DNA of 64,000 bases from Candidatus Omnitrophota bacterium (GTDB lineage Bacteria > Omnitrophota > Gorgyraeia > Zapsychrales > JANLHA01). A program made the position numbers and the translations under genes. Positions 31,071-39,934 of the stretch are shown here, piece after piece. The stretch's first letter is position 1; every line of letters begins with the position of its first letter. The notes beneath the pieces were generated by a model that saw only the letters and a program-made list of their open reading frames with translations, was not told where the DNA came from and searched no databases. The stretch is taken from assembly GCA_029560465.1 (NCBI GenBank), contig JAKQKX010000102.1, positions 68,601 to 132,600 on the forward strand. The letters are read 5' to 3'.

Positions 31071-31460
31071 TTAATCCTCCTTTTTAAGTTTTAAAATGAC
31101 TCGTTCTTGACCTTTTTGTAATGTCACTCGGTTTTCCTTTATATCTTTAACGGTAAACACACCGATGGATTCGTCTTTCTGCAAAATTTTCCCGTTGATA
31201 ATCGCCACATTCTTTCCGCCATCCCCGACGTAAATCCCTTCCAGGATCAAATCCGTTGCCAGGAGGTCCTTTTCGAAACTGACAATCATGCCCTTGGAAT
31301 TCACCAACGGCCAGAAAGGGTCCCGCCGGTCATGGCTGTCATACACATGGTCAGGGCGGCCCTCTCCAGCGGCCTCTTCATCGGCGGCCCCGCAGGGCGT
31401 CACGCCGGCCAAGGCCATGATCAGAACCGCTGACAAAAACCGGACTTTTGCGCTTTTCAT
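31071..31460 (-). CDS. pilP: PilP-like pilus assembly protein
   Basis: Signal peptide, RRDPF motif, LEGI...AIING beta-sandwich; between pilO and pilQ. Confidence 0.75.
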   Translation of the reverse strand: MKSAKVRFLSAVLIMALAGVTPCGAADEEAAGEGRPDHVYDSHDRRDPFWPLVNSKGMIVSFEKDLLATDLILEGIYVGDGGKNVAIINGKILQKDESIGVFTVKDIKENRVTLQKGQERVILKLKKED

Positions 31461-32062
31461 TTTTTCTGCCCGCCTTCAAACACAACCATCTCTATAGCCA
31501 GGTTAATGGACGCCGTCTGCTTGTCCTCAACGCCCGTTTGAATGGAAAAATTCGGCAACCGCCAGAAAACCCCTTCCCGTTCCAATTCATTCAAAAACCG
31601 GCCAAACTGGTGATACCCGCTCTGGGCTTCGATGACAATAGGGATAGAAAAATACTTGCCCTCATTGCTCTCTAAAACCGGATCATTCATGGCCGTCTGC
31701 GGTAAAATCTGTTCGACCTTAACGCTGTGTTTATCGGCGATCCGCGAAATGTTTTCCAGAAGAAACGGGACATCTTCTTTCCTCTTAATCCTCCGTTGCA
31801 AATTTTGATACTTATCTTCCAGCCGGGCCAACTCCTTTTTATACTGGTTGACACGGAGAATGTTATTCCTGGTTTCCGCCACATCCCGGTTCAATTCTTC
31901 AAGCTTAGGGTTAATAGCCTGAAGCGTCTTCAATTGGAACTGCAACGGGAACAGGTAAAACACCCCGAGAATCACAACAAAGATGCCCGCCATCAAAAAG
32001 AAGGGGCTTTTCTCATTGATCTTGTTCACCACGGATCCCATCTGGTTCTTGACATCGCTCAT
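31457..32062 (-). CDS. pilO: Type IVa pilus assembly protein PilO
   Basis: N-terminal TM, coiled coil, VPFLLENIS and GYHQFGRFLNELE. Confidence 0.9.
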   Translation of the reverse strand: MSDVKNQMGSVVNKINEKSPFFLMAGIFVVILGVFYLFPLQFQLKTLQAINPKLEELNRDVAETRNNILRVNQYKKELARLEDKYQNLQRRIKRKEDVPFLLENISRIADKHSVKVEQILPQTAMNDPVLESNEGKYFSIPIVIEAQSGYHQFGRFLNELEREGVFWRLPNFSIQTGVEDKQTASINLAIEMVVFEGGQKK

Positions 32063-32089
32063 GCTTTTAACCCTTATCCCGGGATACAG

Positions 32090-32677
32090 CTATAAATCCA
32101 CCCGGATCGTAAAATCCGCGACCGGAGTTCCGTTAATCGTCCGGCTCTTAATGTACTCGAGTTCTATCTCACTAAAATCCTTCATAAACGCGTCATTGTC
32201 TTTCAAACTGGTGTTAAAACTGTGGACGCCAATCATTTCGGTCTGTGTTTTTGAAACGGCGCTGCCGTTAATCAGCAAGACCCCTTGTTCCAGTTGCATC
32301 TTCGTCAACCACACCCCGCGCGGAAGATTATCGCTGATCTCATTTAATTTTTGTGACCACATAAAATCCCGGTTTCCAAGAATCTTTTCCAGGGGCGCGA
32401 GCTTGCCGTTAAGCTCTTTAATCTGCCCGGTATAGCGTTCCGTATTGATTTTCTGCGGGACAAGTTCGGCCAGTTCGGACATCAAACGCTTGCGCTCCGC
32501 CAGTTTCATGGAAATCATAAACTGCAAAGCCCCCGCCCCCAAAGCCAGTAAAACGATCAGCAGGCTTGCGTAACCAATGACCGCATGTTTGGACAAGCCC
32601 GCGGCCGGCTCATGCGCCGCAGAGCGAGCTTTCTTCTTTTTTTTCAGTTGTGGAGGGACTAAATTAATTTCAATCAT
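32090..32677 (-). CDS. pilN: Type IVa pilus assembly protein PilN
   Basis: N-terminal INLVP (INLLP PilM-binding motif), TM, LPRGVWLT...INGSA. Confidence 0.92.
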   Translation of the reverse strand: MIEINLVPPQLKKKKKARSAAHEPAAGLSKHAVIGYASLLIVLLALGAGALQFMISMKLAERKRLMSELAELVPQKINTERYTGQIKELNGKLAPLEKILGNRDFMWSQKLNEISDNLPRGVWLTKMQLEQGVLLINGSAVSKTQTEMIGVHSFNTSLKDNDAFMKDFSEIELEYIKSRTINGTPVADFTIRVDL

Positions 32678-32717
32678 ACGTTATGGACCGGCCCATTCTT
32701 GCCGTTACCTTTCGTGA

Positions 32718-33794
32718 TCATGCGTACAAAGACAATCCCAAAGCCACCGCCAGGAATGCCGCGTTGGATTCCAGGTCCTCCGCCTTAACCGTCTCCCCCG
32801 GCGTCAGCCAAGGGAACGGGTTCCACCGGGACACTTTAATATCAAGATTTTTAGAAATGATATCGTCCATCCCTTCCAGTTTGGACGTTCCTCCCGTTAA
32901 AAGCAAATAGGTGATCCCGACATTTTTCTCCGTCATAAAGTAGTCAAAAGACACCCGGAGCTCCGAGACCAGATTAATCACCACCGACTCGCAGGCGTCC
33001 AGGACTTTCACCAACTGGTCTTCCGGATTCTTCTTTAAATTCTCCGCTTCTTCGTACCGGAGACTCATTGAATTCGTCAGGGCTTTTGTAAAATCCCGGC
33101 CGCCGATAAAAACATCCCGGGTGAACAACGGCATCCCCTGCGCCATAATGGTAAGATTGCTCACCACCTCTCCGATATCCAGGATGGCGACGGCGGCATG
33201 CTTCGAAGCGTCGGATGCTTTCTCCGGATTCTCCAGCATTTTCGGGTTCAAAACGTTCATAATGTTGGAGATCGCCACTGCGTTAAGCGAGATAAAATCC
33301 GGATGGTAACCCAGCCCGGTTAAGAGGGCAACGCGGTCGTCAATAATTTCCTTTTTCGCGGCGGCCACAAGGACCAGCATTTTATTATCTTTCAGCGTGG
33401 TATCGAGGATATGGCAATCCGTGTAAATTTGATCCAAGGGAAAAGGGAAATACTTGTCCGCTTCGATAGCAAAACATTTCTTTAAATCCCCCAGGGGCAT
33501 CCGGGGAAGCTCAATGTAACGGATCAGCGTCCCTTTCCCGCTGACGGCCGTTAACGGATCCATGGCCTCAGCCGAAAGGTTACGCAAAGTTTGTTTCAGA
33601 GCCTTCTTCTGGTCTCCCCCTTCCACAGGAACGACCGACCAGCTCAGAAGCGTGTATCCGGAACCGGACTTTTTCATTTTAACGCCTTTACAGGCGAATG
33701 TCCCGATATCCAGCCCGACCGTGACCGCGCCGGCCCGTTCCGGAATGACACCTTTAAAAGCTTTTGGGAAAAAACCGGACATAGTTAAAAACAC
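32718..33794 (-). CDS. pilM: Type IVa pilus assembly protein PilM (actin-like)
   Basis: GLDIG, YFPFP, LVAAAKK, LDIG, GG.DFT, LTGG and AVALGL. Confidence 0.93.
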   Translation of the reverse strand: MFLTMSGFFPKAFKGVIPERAGAVTVGLDIGTFACKGVKMKKSGSGYTLLSWSVVPVEGGDQKKALKQTLRNLSAEAMDPLTAVSGKGTLIRYIELPRMPLGDLKKCFAIEADKYFPFPLDQIYTDCHILDTTLKDNKMLVLVAAAKKEIIDDRVALLTGLGYHPDFISLNAVAISNIMNVLNPKMLENPEKASDASKHAAVAILDIGEVVSNLTIMAQGMPLFTRDVFIGGRDFTKALTNSMSLRYEEAENLKKNPEDQLVKVLDACESVVINLVSELRVSFDYFMTEKNVGITYLLLTGGTSKLEGMDDIISKNLDIKVSRWNPFPWLTPGETVKAEDLESNAAFLAVALGLSLYA

Positions 33795-34011
33795 CTTGCT
33801 TCCTTATATAAAAATCCCGTTCAAAGAATTTTTATAACATGTTTATAATAAACGATTAATATTATCCCTATTGTAACAAAAACATGGGGGACTTCAAAAG
33901 CGCATTATATTTTTTTTTATTTCCTAAATATGCCGTCATCGCCCCGAACTCCCGTGGACCCGTGTTGTTCGTCCGCCTGGAAGAAAATCTCCTCGAAAAA
34001 CCAGCCGCTGG

Positions 34012-34140
34012 TTACCGCTGGCCGACTAACCGGATCTGCTGCTGAATATCCTGATTCACAATAACGAGGTACCTGGCAAACGCAATAAACCCAAGGACAA
34101 GCACGGCAATGATGATCATGTTGAAATTCGGAGACTTCAT
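34012..34140 (-). CDS. Small single-pass membrane peptide, 42 aa (below ORF-track cutoff)
   Basis: Manual translation MKSPNFNMIIIAVLVLGFIAFARYLVIVNQDIQQQIRLVGQR*; G-run SD-like sequence 4 nt upstream. Confidence 0.55.
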   Translation of the reverse strand: MKSPNFNMIIIAVLVLGFIAFARYLVIVNQDIQQQIRLVGQR

Positions 34141-34265
34141 CTGTCCCCCCCTTGACCGGTGCATTATAACACCTTTTTTTTCAAGTACTAGGTTTTGGTT
34201 TAATATTTTGATGCCTCCCTGCGCCTGAAAATCTATTCCCTGTTATAAACTCATCACGAACCCAC

Positions 34266-34296
34266 AAAAAGAGGGGGGCCTTTTTGGGCCCCCCTC
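34266..34296 (-). terminator. Intrinsic terminator of pilA
   Basis: GAGGGGGGCC-loop-GGCCCCCCTC followed by TTTTT, about 30 nt after the pilin stop. Confidence 0.88.
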
Positions 34297-34325
34297 AAAC
34301 CTGATGATAAACTTCCACAGACGGA

Positions 34326-34712
34326 CTACGGAGTCAAGATTCCTCCTGTCGTAATCGTGAATGTCGTTGTCCCGGATGTCCCGACCGTGACCGGCGTTGC
34401 CGTAAACGTATAATAACCGGCGTCAAACGTACACTGGAAATTAAACCCAGACACTGTTGTCCCGCAATAATTGTTGTTGATGTACGGAGGTGTCGCACCG
34501 GTCAAAGAAGTAGCATTCGTTGGATAGTTTCCGGTGTTGGCCGTCGCGAACGTTTCTGAAGACGTTGACAATGACCGCAGCGTGCTCTTCGCCAACGCGT
34601 CATTCGCGGAAATCTTCGCCCTTAACAGGTTAGGAATCGCGATGGCGGCCAGCAAAGCGATGATGGCCACAACGATCATGATTTCGACGAGCGTAAAACC
34701 TTTTCTGTTCAT
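34326..34712 (-). CDS. pilA: Type IV major pilin (prepilin)
   Basis: Class III signal MNRKG/FTLVEIMIVVAIIALLAAIAIP with E5 and P22; Cys pair; strong SD GGAGG; own terminator. Confidence 0.93.
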   Translation of the reverse strand: MNRKGFTLVEIMIVVAIIALLAAIAIPNLLRAKISANDALAKSTLRSLSTSSETFATANTGNYPTNATSLTGATPPYINNNYCGTTVSGFNFQCTFDAGYYTFTATPVTVGTSGTTTFTITTGGILTP

Positions 34713-34859
34713 ATTCTGTCCCTCCTTCCTCAAGTCCAGATTAACCGTATCCGCCTCTTCAAAGATCCCGGCAAAAGCTTAACGAAAGAATAATGACGGT
34801 TTACATAATTTGCTCTGAATCATTGGTTTAGCGATACGATCGACTTTAGTCTTTGTTTT

Positions 34860-34887
34860 ATGCTAACACAGGTGCTTAAGCTGTCAA
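34860..34887 (-). promoter_or_regulatory. Candidate second pilA promoter downstream of the riboswitch terminator
   Basis: TTGACA-16 nt-TAGCAT with TGn extended -10. Confidence 0.45.
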
Positions 34888-34897
34888 TTCAAATCCT

Positions 34898-34932
34898 AAA
34901 AAAAAATCTGTCCTTCTTCAAGAGGGACAGAT
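34898..34932 (-). terminator. Intrinsic terminator (riboswitch expression platform)
   Basis: AUCUGUCC...GGACAGAU followed by a run of eight U. Confidence 0.88.
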
Positions 34933-34957
34933 CACTATTTATGCCGATATCTTTCCT

Positions 34958-35053
34958 GATGGCAACTGGCTACCCTCTTTCGGCTTTATCGCGCCTTCCG
35001 TAGGGCCCTATAGCTTTGTGTCCCATCCTTACGAATGGTTTACCTTTTGCATC
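34958..35053 (-). ncRNA. Cyclic di-GMP-I (GEMM-I) riboswitch aptamer upstream of pilA
   Basis: GAUG(P1)-CAAAAGGUAAA-CCAUUC-GUAA-GGAUGG-GACACAAA-GCUAUAGGGCCCUA...GAGGGUAGCCAGUUGC-CAUC(P1); matches GEMM-I consensus with a GNRA loop and ligand-contact positions equivalent to G20/A47/C92. Confidence 0.9.
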
Positions 35054-35076
35054 GCTCGATTGTCAAATCTACTGCA

Positions 35077-35106
35077 AGTATACAACCCCCGGGGTTGAAA
35101 TGTCAA
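35077..35106 (-). promoter_or_regulatory. Sigma70 promoter of the riboswitch-pilA leader, with palindromic spacer
   Basis: TTGACA-18 nt-TATACT; spacer contains CAACCCC-N-GGGGTTG. Confidence 0.75.
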
Positions 35107-35163
35107 GCCAGGGGCCCGGGGGCCAAGGCCGGGCCTCCCGCGGGGGCATCTCTCCGTCGACAA

Positions 35164-36741
35164 CTATGGGCGGGCAACTTTTTCCTGGACTTTTAAAAGC
35201 CCTCCGACCTTTTCCTCCAAACCTTGATGTTCGCGCCTCAGGACCTTTAAATATTCATTCAACCGCGTTTCTTCCTGATAAAAATTTTCCACGGCTTTCC
35301 GCTCTTCTTCATAACGGGCCTGAATAATCGCCAAAGAGCTCGTCAAAACCGCCTCCCTTAACTGCAAAGCCTCGACGTCCCTTTTCAGGGTCTGGGCTTT
35401 GGAAAACGGCGCTGGACGGCGCGGGGCGTCCTCTTCCACCGCGGAAGCCGGGGCCCCTCCTTCCGGGGCCTCTTCAAAATCAATATCCGCCAGAAGCCGA
35501 GACAGCTCTTCTTTGATCTCTGCCGCAGACGGGGAAGATTCCTGCCGCTTAAGAGCTTTCTGATAATCCGCCTTCAACCCAACAATGTCTTTCAATAACA
35601 GCTTTTCTTTCTTGCGATAAGCCCTGATTTTCAACTGCCCCTTTCGAAGGGACAAATTCAAATCATCCATATCCGCCGTCAATTGTTTCCGGGAAACGTC
35701 CCGCGAGTCCGCGCGCGGCTCCTGGTCCGAAGAAGCCACATTTCCCCGCAAAGAGAGCGTTTCTTCCAAAGCCTGCTTTTTCTTCCTCAACAGGGCCGCC
35801 TCCTCCGTCAGGACCTGGAGGGAAAAAGCCATCTGTTTCTCCTGCTGCCGGGATGCGACCCGGACCACGTCCTGCAAATCCTGTACTTCGGCGAAAGTCT
35901 TTTCCAGCTGCTCCTTATCCTTCCGCAGCCGCGCGACATCATCCTGAAGCGCGGTCAAGGCCGCCTTGTCTTTAAGCCCGGCGATGTCCCTCTGCTGCTT
36001 GATATCCTCCAAATCCCTCCCGGCTTCCGACAAACGCTCTTGGATTTCCGCCAACTTCGGCAACCACGCGCTCTTCCGGAACTTTAAATCCTCCGCCCGT
36101 TCTTTCTGCGACGCTATCTTTTTCTGAAGCTTCAGGACAGCCTCTTTTTTTCTCTCGATATCATCACGCAAAGCGTCCCGCCGGGCCTCCAAATCTTTCT
36201 TTTCCCCCTCCCGGCCCCTCGGCAACGGCTGCGCGCTTTTTTGCTGAAGGCGTTTTTGAAAAAAGGCCACCTCCTCTTTCAACAACTGCGCTTCTTCCTG
36301 AAGGCGTTTTTGTTTTTCACCCAGGACCGTTATCTGTATTTCTTTTTCTGCCCGACTCCCGTCATGGCTTTCCCCTTCTTTGCGCAAAGCGTCCAAATCC
36401 TTCAGCAAGGCGTTCCGGTCTTCGTCCTGCAATTTCAAAGCGTCCCGCAGGACTTTTTGATCCTTAAGGAGCGTGTCCCGTTCTTCTTGCCAAGACGCCA
36501 TCTCCTGCTCATGCTGCTCAAGGTCCCGGCGCAAAGCGTCGTTCTTCTCCCCGATCTGCGTGTTTTTCCGAAGCGCCTCCCCCATGGCCTCCTTCAAGTC
36601 CGTGACGGCGGACTCCAGCATCCGTTCGGCTGGCAACAGTTCAACCGTTTCAGCCTCCTGAGCAGCAACCTGTCCCGGCGGCCAATTTCCTAATACAATG
36701 GCCAGCATAAAAAAAGTATATTTGTGGATGCGGAAAGACAT
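35164..36741 (-). CDS. Exported long coiled-coil protein of unknown function in the T4P locus
   Basis: Signal-peptide-like N-terminus (VAA/Q); about 480 aa rich in E/K/L/Q/R with heptad character; no catalytic motif seen. Confidence 0.85.
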   Translation of the reverse strand: MSFRIHKYTFFMLAIVLGNWPPGQVAAQEAETVELLPAERMLESAVTDLKEAMGEALRKNTQIGEKNDALRRDLEQHEQEMASWQEERDTLLKDQKVLRDALKLQDEDRNALLKDLDALRKEGESHDGSRAEKEIQITVLGEKQKRLQEEAQLLKEEVAFFQKRLQQKSAQPLPRGREGEKKDLEARRDALRDDIERKKEAVLKLQKKIASQKERAEDLKFRKSAWLPKLAEIQERLSEAGRDLEDIKQQRDIAGLKDKAALTALQDDVARLRKDKEQLEKTFAEVQDLQDVVRVASRQQEKQMAFSLQVLTEEAALLRKKKQALEETLSLRGNVASSDQEPRADSRDVSRKQLTADMDDLNLSLRKGQLKIRAYRKKEKLLLKDIVGLKADYQKALKRQESSPSAAEIKEELSRLLADIDFEEAPEGGAPASAVEEDAPRRPAPFSKAQTLKRDVEALQLREAVLTSSLAIIQARYEEERKAVENFYQEETRLNEYLKVLRREHQGLEEKVGGLLKVQEKVARP

Positions 36742-36778
36742 ACGCCCTATTGCTTTAAGTTGAAAACTCCAAACAGCT

Positions 36779-37978
36779 TTAAATAATTTGAGTGATGCTA
36801 ATAATCGGCAAGAACAGCGCGATGACGATGAAGCCCACGATTATACCCAAGAAACCGATGATCAGCGGTTCAATGATGCTTGTTAACCCGGCCACGGCCG
36901 CGTCAACCTGGTCATCATAAAAATCCGCGATCTTCCCCAGCATTTTTTCCAGCTGCCCGGATTTCTCGCCGATGGAAATCATGCGCGTGACCATAGGAGG
37001 GAAAACCCCGCTTTTCACAAGAGGGGTGGCGATGCTTTCCCCTTCGCGGACATTATTTTTCACGCTGATGACCACGTTTTCTATCACCCGATTGCCGCTG
37101 GTTTTCCCGACGATATCCAGGGACTCCAGGATAGGAACGCCCGTCTGGAGCAACGTCGCCAGCGTGCGGCTGAACCGGCTGATGGCCACTTTCCGGATCA
37201 GCTCGCCGAAAATAGGCACCCGCAATGACGCTTTATCAAGGGCCTCCCGGCCCCGGTCAGTCTGATACCAGCGGGTCAACAGAAACACCGACAGGACAAT
37301 TCCGCCGATCAGGTATAAAAGATTATTCTTCAGCAAATCACTGGCGCCGATCAACATCTGCGTCATGGCCGGCAACTCAGAGTTAAAAGAGTCGTAAATG
37401 GAGGCAAACGTGGGGACGACTTTCACCAGAAGGATCACGGTAATAACAATCGCCATGAATACAACGACGGCCGGATAGATAAGGGCGGATTTGACTTTGC
37501 GTTTCAGCTTGAGTGTCTTTTCGAGGTACGAGGAAATCCGGTCCAGAATCGCGCTCAAAACCCCGCCGGTCTCCCCGACTTTAACCATATTCACAAAAAG
37601 AGTATCAAAGGCTTTGGGATGTTTGGCAAAAGCGGCGGACAGGCTGCTCCCCATTTGAATATCATCTCGCACGGCAATGACGACACTCTGAAAATACGCC
37701 TGCGTGATCTGTTCCTGCAACGCATCCAGCGCCTGCAAAATCGGGATCCCCGCATCCACCATCGTGGATAACTGTCTGGAAAAAATAACCAAATCTTCCG
37801 GCTTAACGGACTTCTGGACAAAAACCGCCTTTGACGCCGCCTTGACCGGCTTCACATCAATGATCGTCAGGTGGCGCTTCCGAAGCTCTTCGATAACAGC
37901 CGCCTGGTTCTCGGCGCTGATTTTTCCAACAACATTGCGGGCCGCCTGGTCTTTGGCGACATATTTAAAAGTCGGCAT
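36779..37978 (-). CDS. pilC: Type IV pilus inner-membrane platform protein (GspF family)
   Basis: FSRQLSTMVDAGIPI, GETGGVL, ALIYP, GEKSGQL and IIEP. Confidence 0.95.
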   Translation of the reverse strand: MPTFKYVAKDQAARNVVGKISAENQAAVIEELRKRHLTIIDVKPVKAASKAVFVQKSVKPEDLVIFSRQLSTMVDAGIPILQALDALQEQITQAYFQSVVIAVRDDIQMGSSLSAAFAKHPKAFDTLFVNMVKVGETGGVLSAILDRISSYLEKTLKLKRKVKSALIYPAVVVFMAIVITVILLVKVVPTFASIYDSFNSELPAMTQMLIGASDLLKNNLLYLIGGIVLSVFLLTRWYQTDRGREALDKASLRVPIFGELIRKVAISRFSRTLATLLQTGVPILESLDIVGKTSGNRVIENVVISVKNNVREGESIATPLVKSGVFPPMVTRMISIGEKSGQLEKMLGKIADFYDDQVDAAVAGLTSIIEPLIIGFLGIIVGFIVIALFLPIISITQII

Positions 37979-38180
37979 AACACGTTCCTTCTTTCGGCAT
38001 GATCCAAGAGTAATTGTAACATCATTTCGCCCTGGATAAAAAGTGTTTCAGCAAATTTTTTTATGCGCGCATGATTTTACATAACTGAAAAGCGCTCCTC
38101 ATCCCAGCGTCAAGTTGTCCTTTTGCCCGGGACGGGGTTCCTTTATATTATTATTTTTAAAACCGCGCCCCCGGACCACG

Positions 38181-39890
38181 TTAATCATTAGAAGTAATCC
38201 TCAACACTTCATCGAGCGTTGTGTCCCCTTTTAAAAATTTTTGAAGGCCATCATCCCAGAGCGTCAGCATGCCGAGTTTATCCCGGGCGTATTCCTTGAT
38301 TTCGTCGGAAGACTTGCCCAGGATCAGCATCTCGCGGATGTGGTCATCGAGCGGCATCATTTCTGTGACTCCCAGCCTCCCGTAAAAACCGCTCTGCCGG
38401 CAGTGCGCGCACCCCTTCCCCCGGTAAAAAACCCTGTCCTTCTTAACGGAGATATCCAATTCCTTTAAAACCTTGGCCGGGATATCCACCGCTTCCTTGC
38501 AGTGCGGGCAAATTTTCCGGCACAATCGCTGCGCGCAGACCATCACCAGGCTCGAGGCGACCAAAAACGGCTCCACCCCCATGTCCACCAAGCGGGTCAG
38601 CGCTCCGGCCGCGTCATTCGTGTGCAGGGTCGAATAAACCATCTGTCCCGTCAAAGACGCCTTAATAGCGATATCCGCGGTTTCATAATCGCGGATCTCC
38701 CCGACCATAACGATATCAGGGCTCTGGCGGAGGATCGCCTTCAGCCCCTCCGCGAAGGTCAGCCCGATATCCGGCTTCACCTGAATCTGTGTTAACCCGT
38801 CCACGACATACTCAACAGGGTCCTCAATCGTGATTATATTCTTATCCGTCGTGTTCAATTCGTTAACAATCGAATAGAGTGTCGTCGATTTCCCGCTTCC
38901 GGTCGGCCCCGTCACCAGGATCATCCCGAAAGGCTGGGCGATCGCCTCCTTGAGCTTACCGGCCGACTCCTCGGAAAAACCAAGCCCATCCAACCCGATG
39001 CGGAGATTTTTCTTATCCAGGACCCGCAGGACTATTTTCTGCCCGAAGGTCGTCGGCAGCAGAGAAACACGGAAATCCACCTCCTGGTTATTGACCCGCA
39101 TTTTAAAACGGCCGTCCTGGGGCACCTGGGTCGCCGTGATATCCAGCCGGGACATAATCTTGATCCGGACGATAATGGCGTTTTGATTATCTTTCGGGAT
39201 CTTCATCGCGTGGACCAGAGTGCCGTCAATCCGGTAACGGACTCGCATGCAGTCCAGCATGGGCTCAATGTGGATATCAGAAGCGCGCTGTTTAATCGCC
39301 TCGCGAATGACGAGGTTCACCAGGCGGATGATAGGCGCCTGTTCGCCCTCGTCCGCCATCATCTCCGAGTCTGTGATCAGCTCGCTGTCGCTGATAATCT
39401 CCAGCTCCCCCACGTCAATATCTTTACTGACTTCCTGGACCGAGCTTGAAATCTTGCTGCCGTAATACGTTTCCAGCGCATGCAGGATATCGGATTCCGT
39501 GCTCATCACGACATCCACTTCCTTGCCCGTCAAGCTTTTCAGGTCATCAATGGCAAAAATATTCAACGGATCCGCCATCGCGATGGTCACCGTCTTTTGC
39601 ATCTGGGATATCGGGAGGATCCGGTACTGGCGGGCGACACGTTCGGGGATGGCGTCTTTGAGGGACGGATCAATCTTATATTTTTTAAGATTAATAAACG
39701 GGATATGCAGCTCACGGACAAGCAAGACCATCAGGTCCTCTTCTTTGATAAGCCCCCGCTCGATCAGCGCCCGGTCCAAGCTGATATTCTTGCTCCGCTG
39801 CAATTCTATCGCTCCATCCAGATCCTCTTTTTTAATTTTGAGGGTCTCAACAAGCGTTTGAATAATTTTGGTTTTAAGTGGTTGCGACAT
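38181..39890 (-). CDS. pilB: Type IV pilus assembly ATPase (PilB/GspE), copy 1
   Basis: ASDIHIEP, PQDGR, Walker A GPTGSGKST, EDPVE, GEIRD, TLHTN, CPHC...CAHC. Confidence 0.93.
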   Translation of the reverse strand: MSQPLKTKIIQTLVETLKIKKEDLDGAIELQRSKNISLDRALIERGLIKEEDLMVLLVRELHIPFINLKKYKIDPSLKDAIPERVARQYRILPISQMQKTVTIAMADPLNIFAIDDLKSLTGKEVDVVMSTESDILHALETYYGSKISSSVQEVSKDIDVGELEIISDSELITDSEMMADEGEQAPIIRLVNLVIREAIKQRASDIHIEPMLDCMRVRYRIDGTLVHAMKIPKDNQNAIIVRIKIMSRLDITATQVPQDGRFKMRVNNQEVDFRVSLLPTTFGQKIVLRVLDKKNLRIGLDGLGFSEESAGKLKEAIAQPFGMILVTGPTGSGKSTTLYSIVNELNTTDKNIITIEDPVEYVVDGLTQIQVKPDIGLTFAEGLKAILRQSPDIVMVGEIRDYETADIAIKASLTGQMVYSTLHTNDAAGALTRLVDMGVEPFLVASSLVMVCAQRLCRKICPHCKEAVDIPAKVLKELDISVKKDRVFYRGKGCAHCRQSGFYGRLGVTEMMPLDDHIREMLILGKSSDEIKEYARDKLGMLTLWDDGLQKFLKGDTTLDEVLRITSND

Positions 39891-39934
39891 GATTATAAAC
39901 GGTTTTTCTCACCAACGTGAGCAATTATCACTGG

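Noticed and set aside
34326-34712. Electrically conductive e-pilin (12 aromatics in 123 residues)
   Set aside because: No aromatic residue between F1 and F50; the Geobacter-type positions 24, 27 and 32 are not aromatic
34958-35053. cGAMP-selective GEMM-Ib riboswitch variant
   Set aside because: The position equivalent to 20 is G, not A; needs experimental confirmation
35164-36741. SMC ATPase or phage tape-measure protein
   Set aside because: No Walker motifs, a signal peptide is present, and there is no phage context
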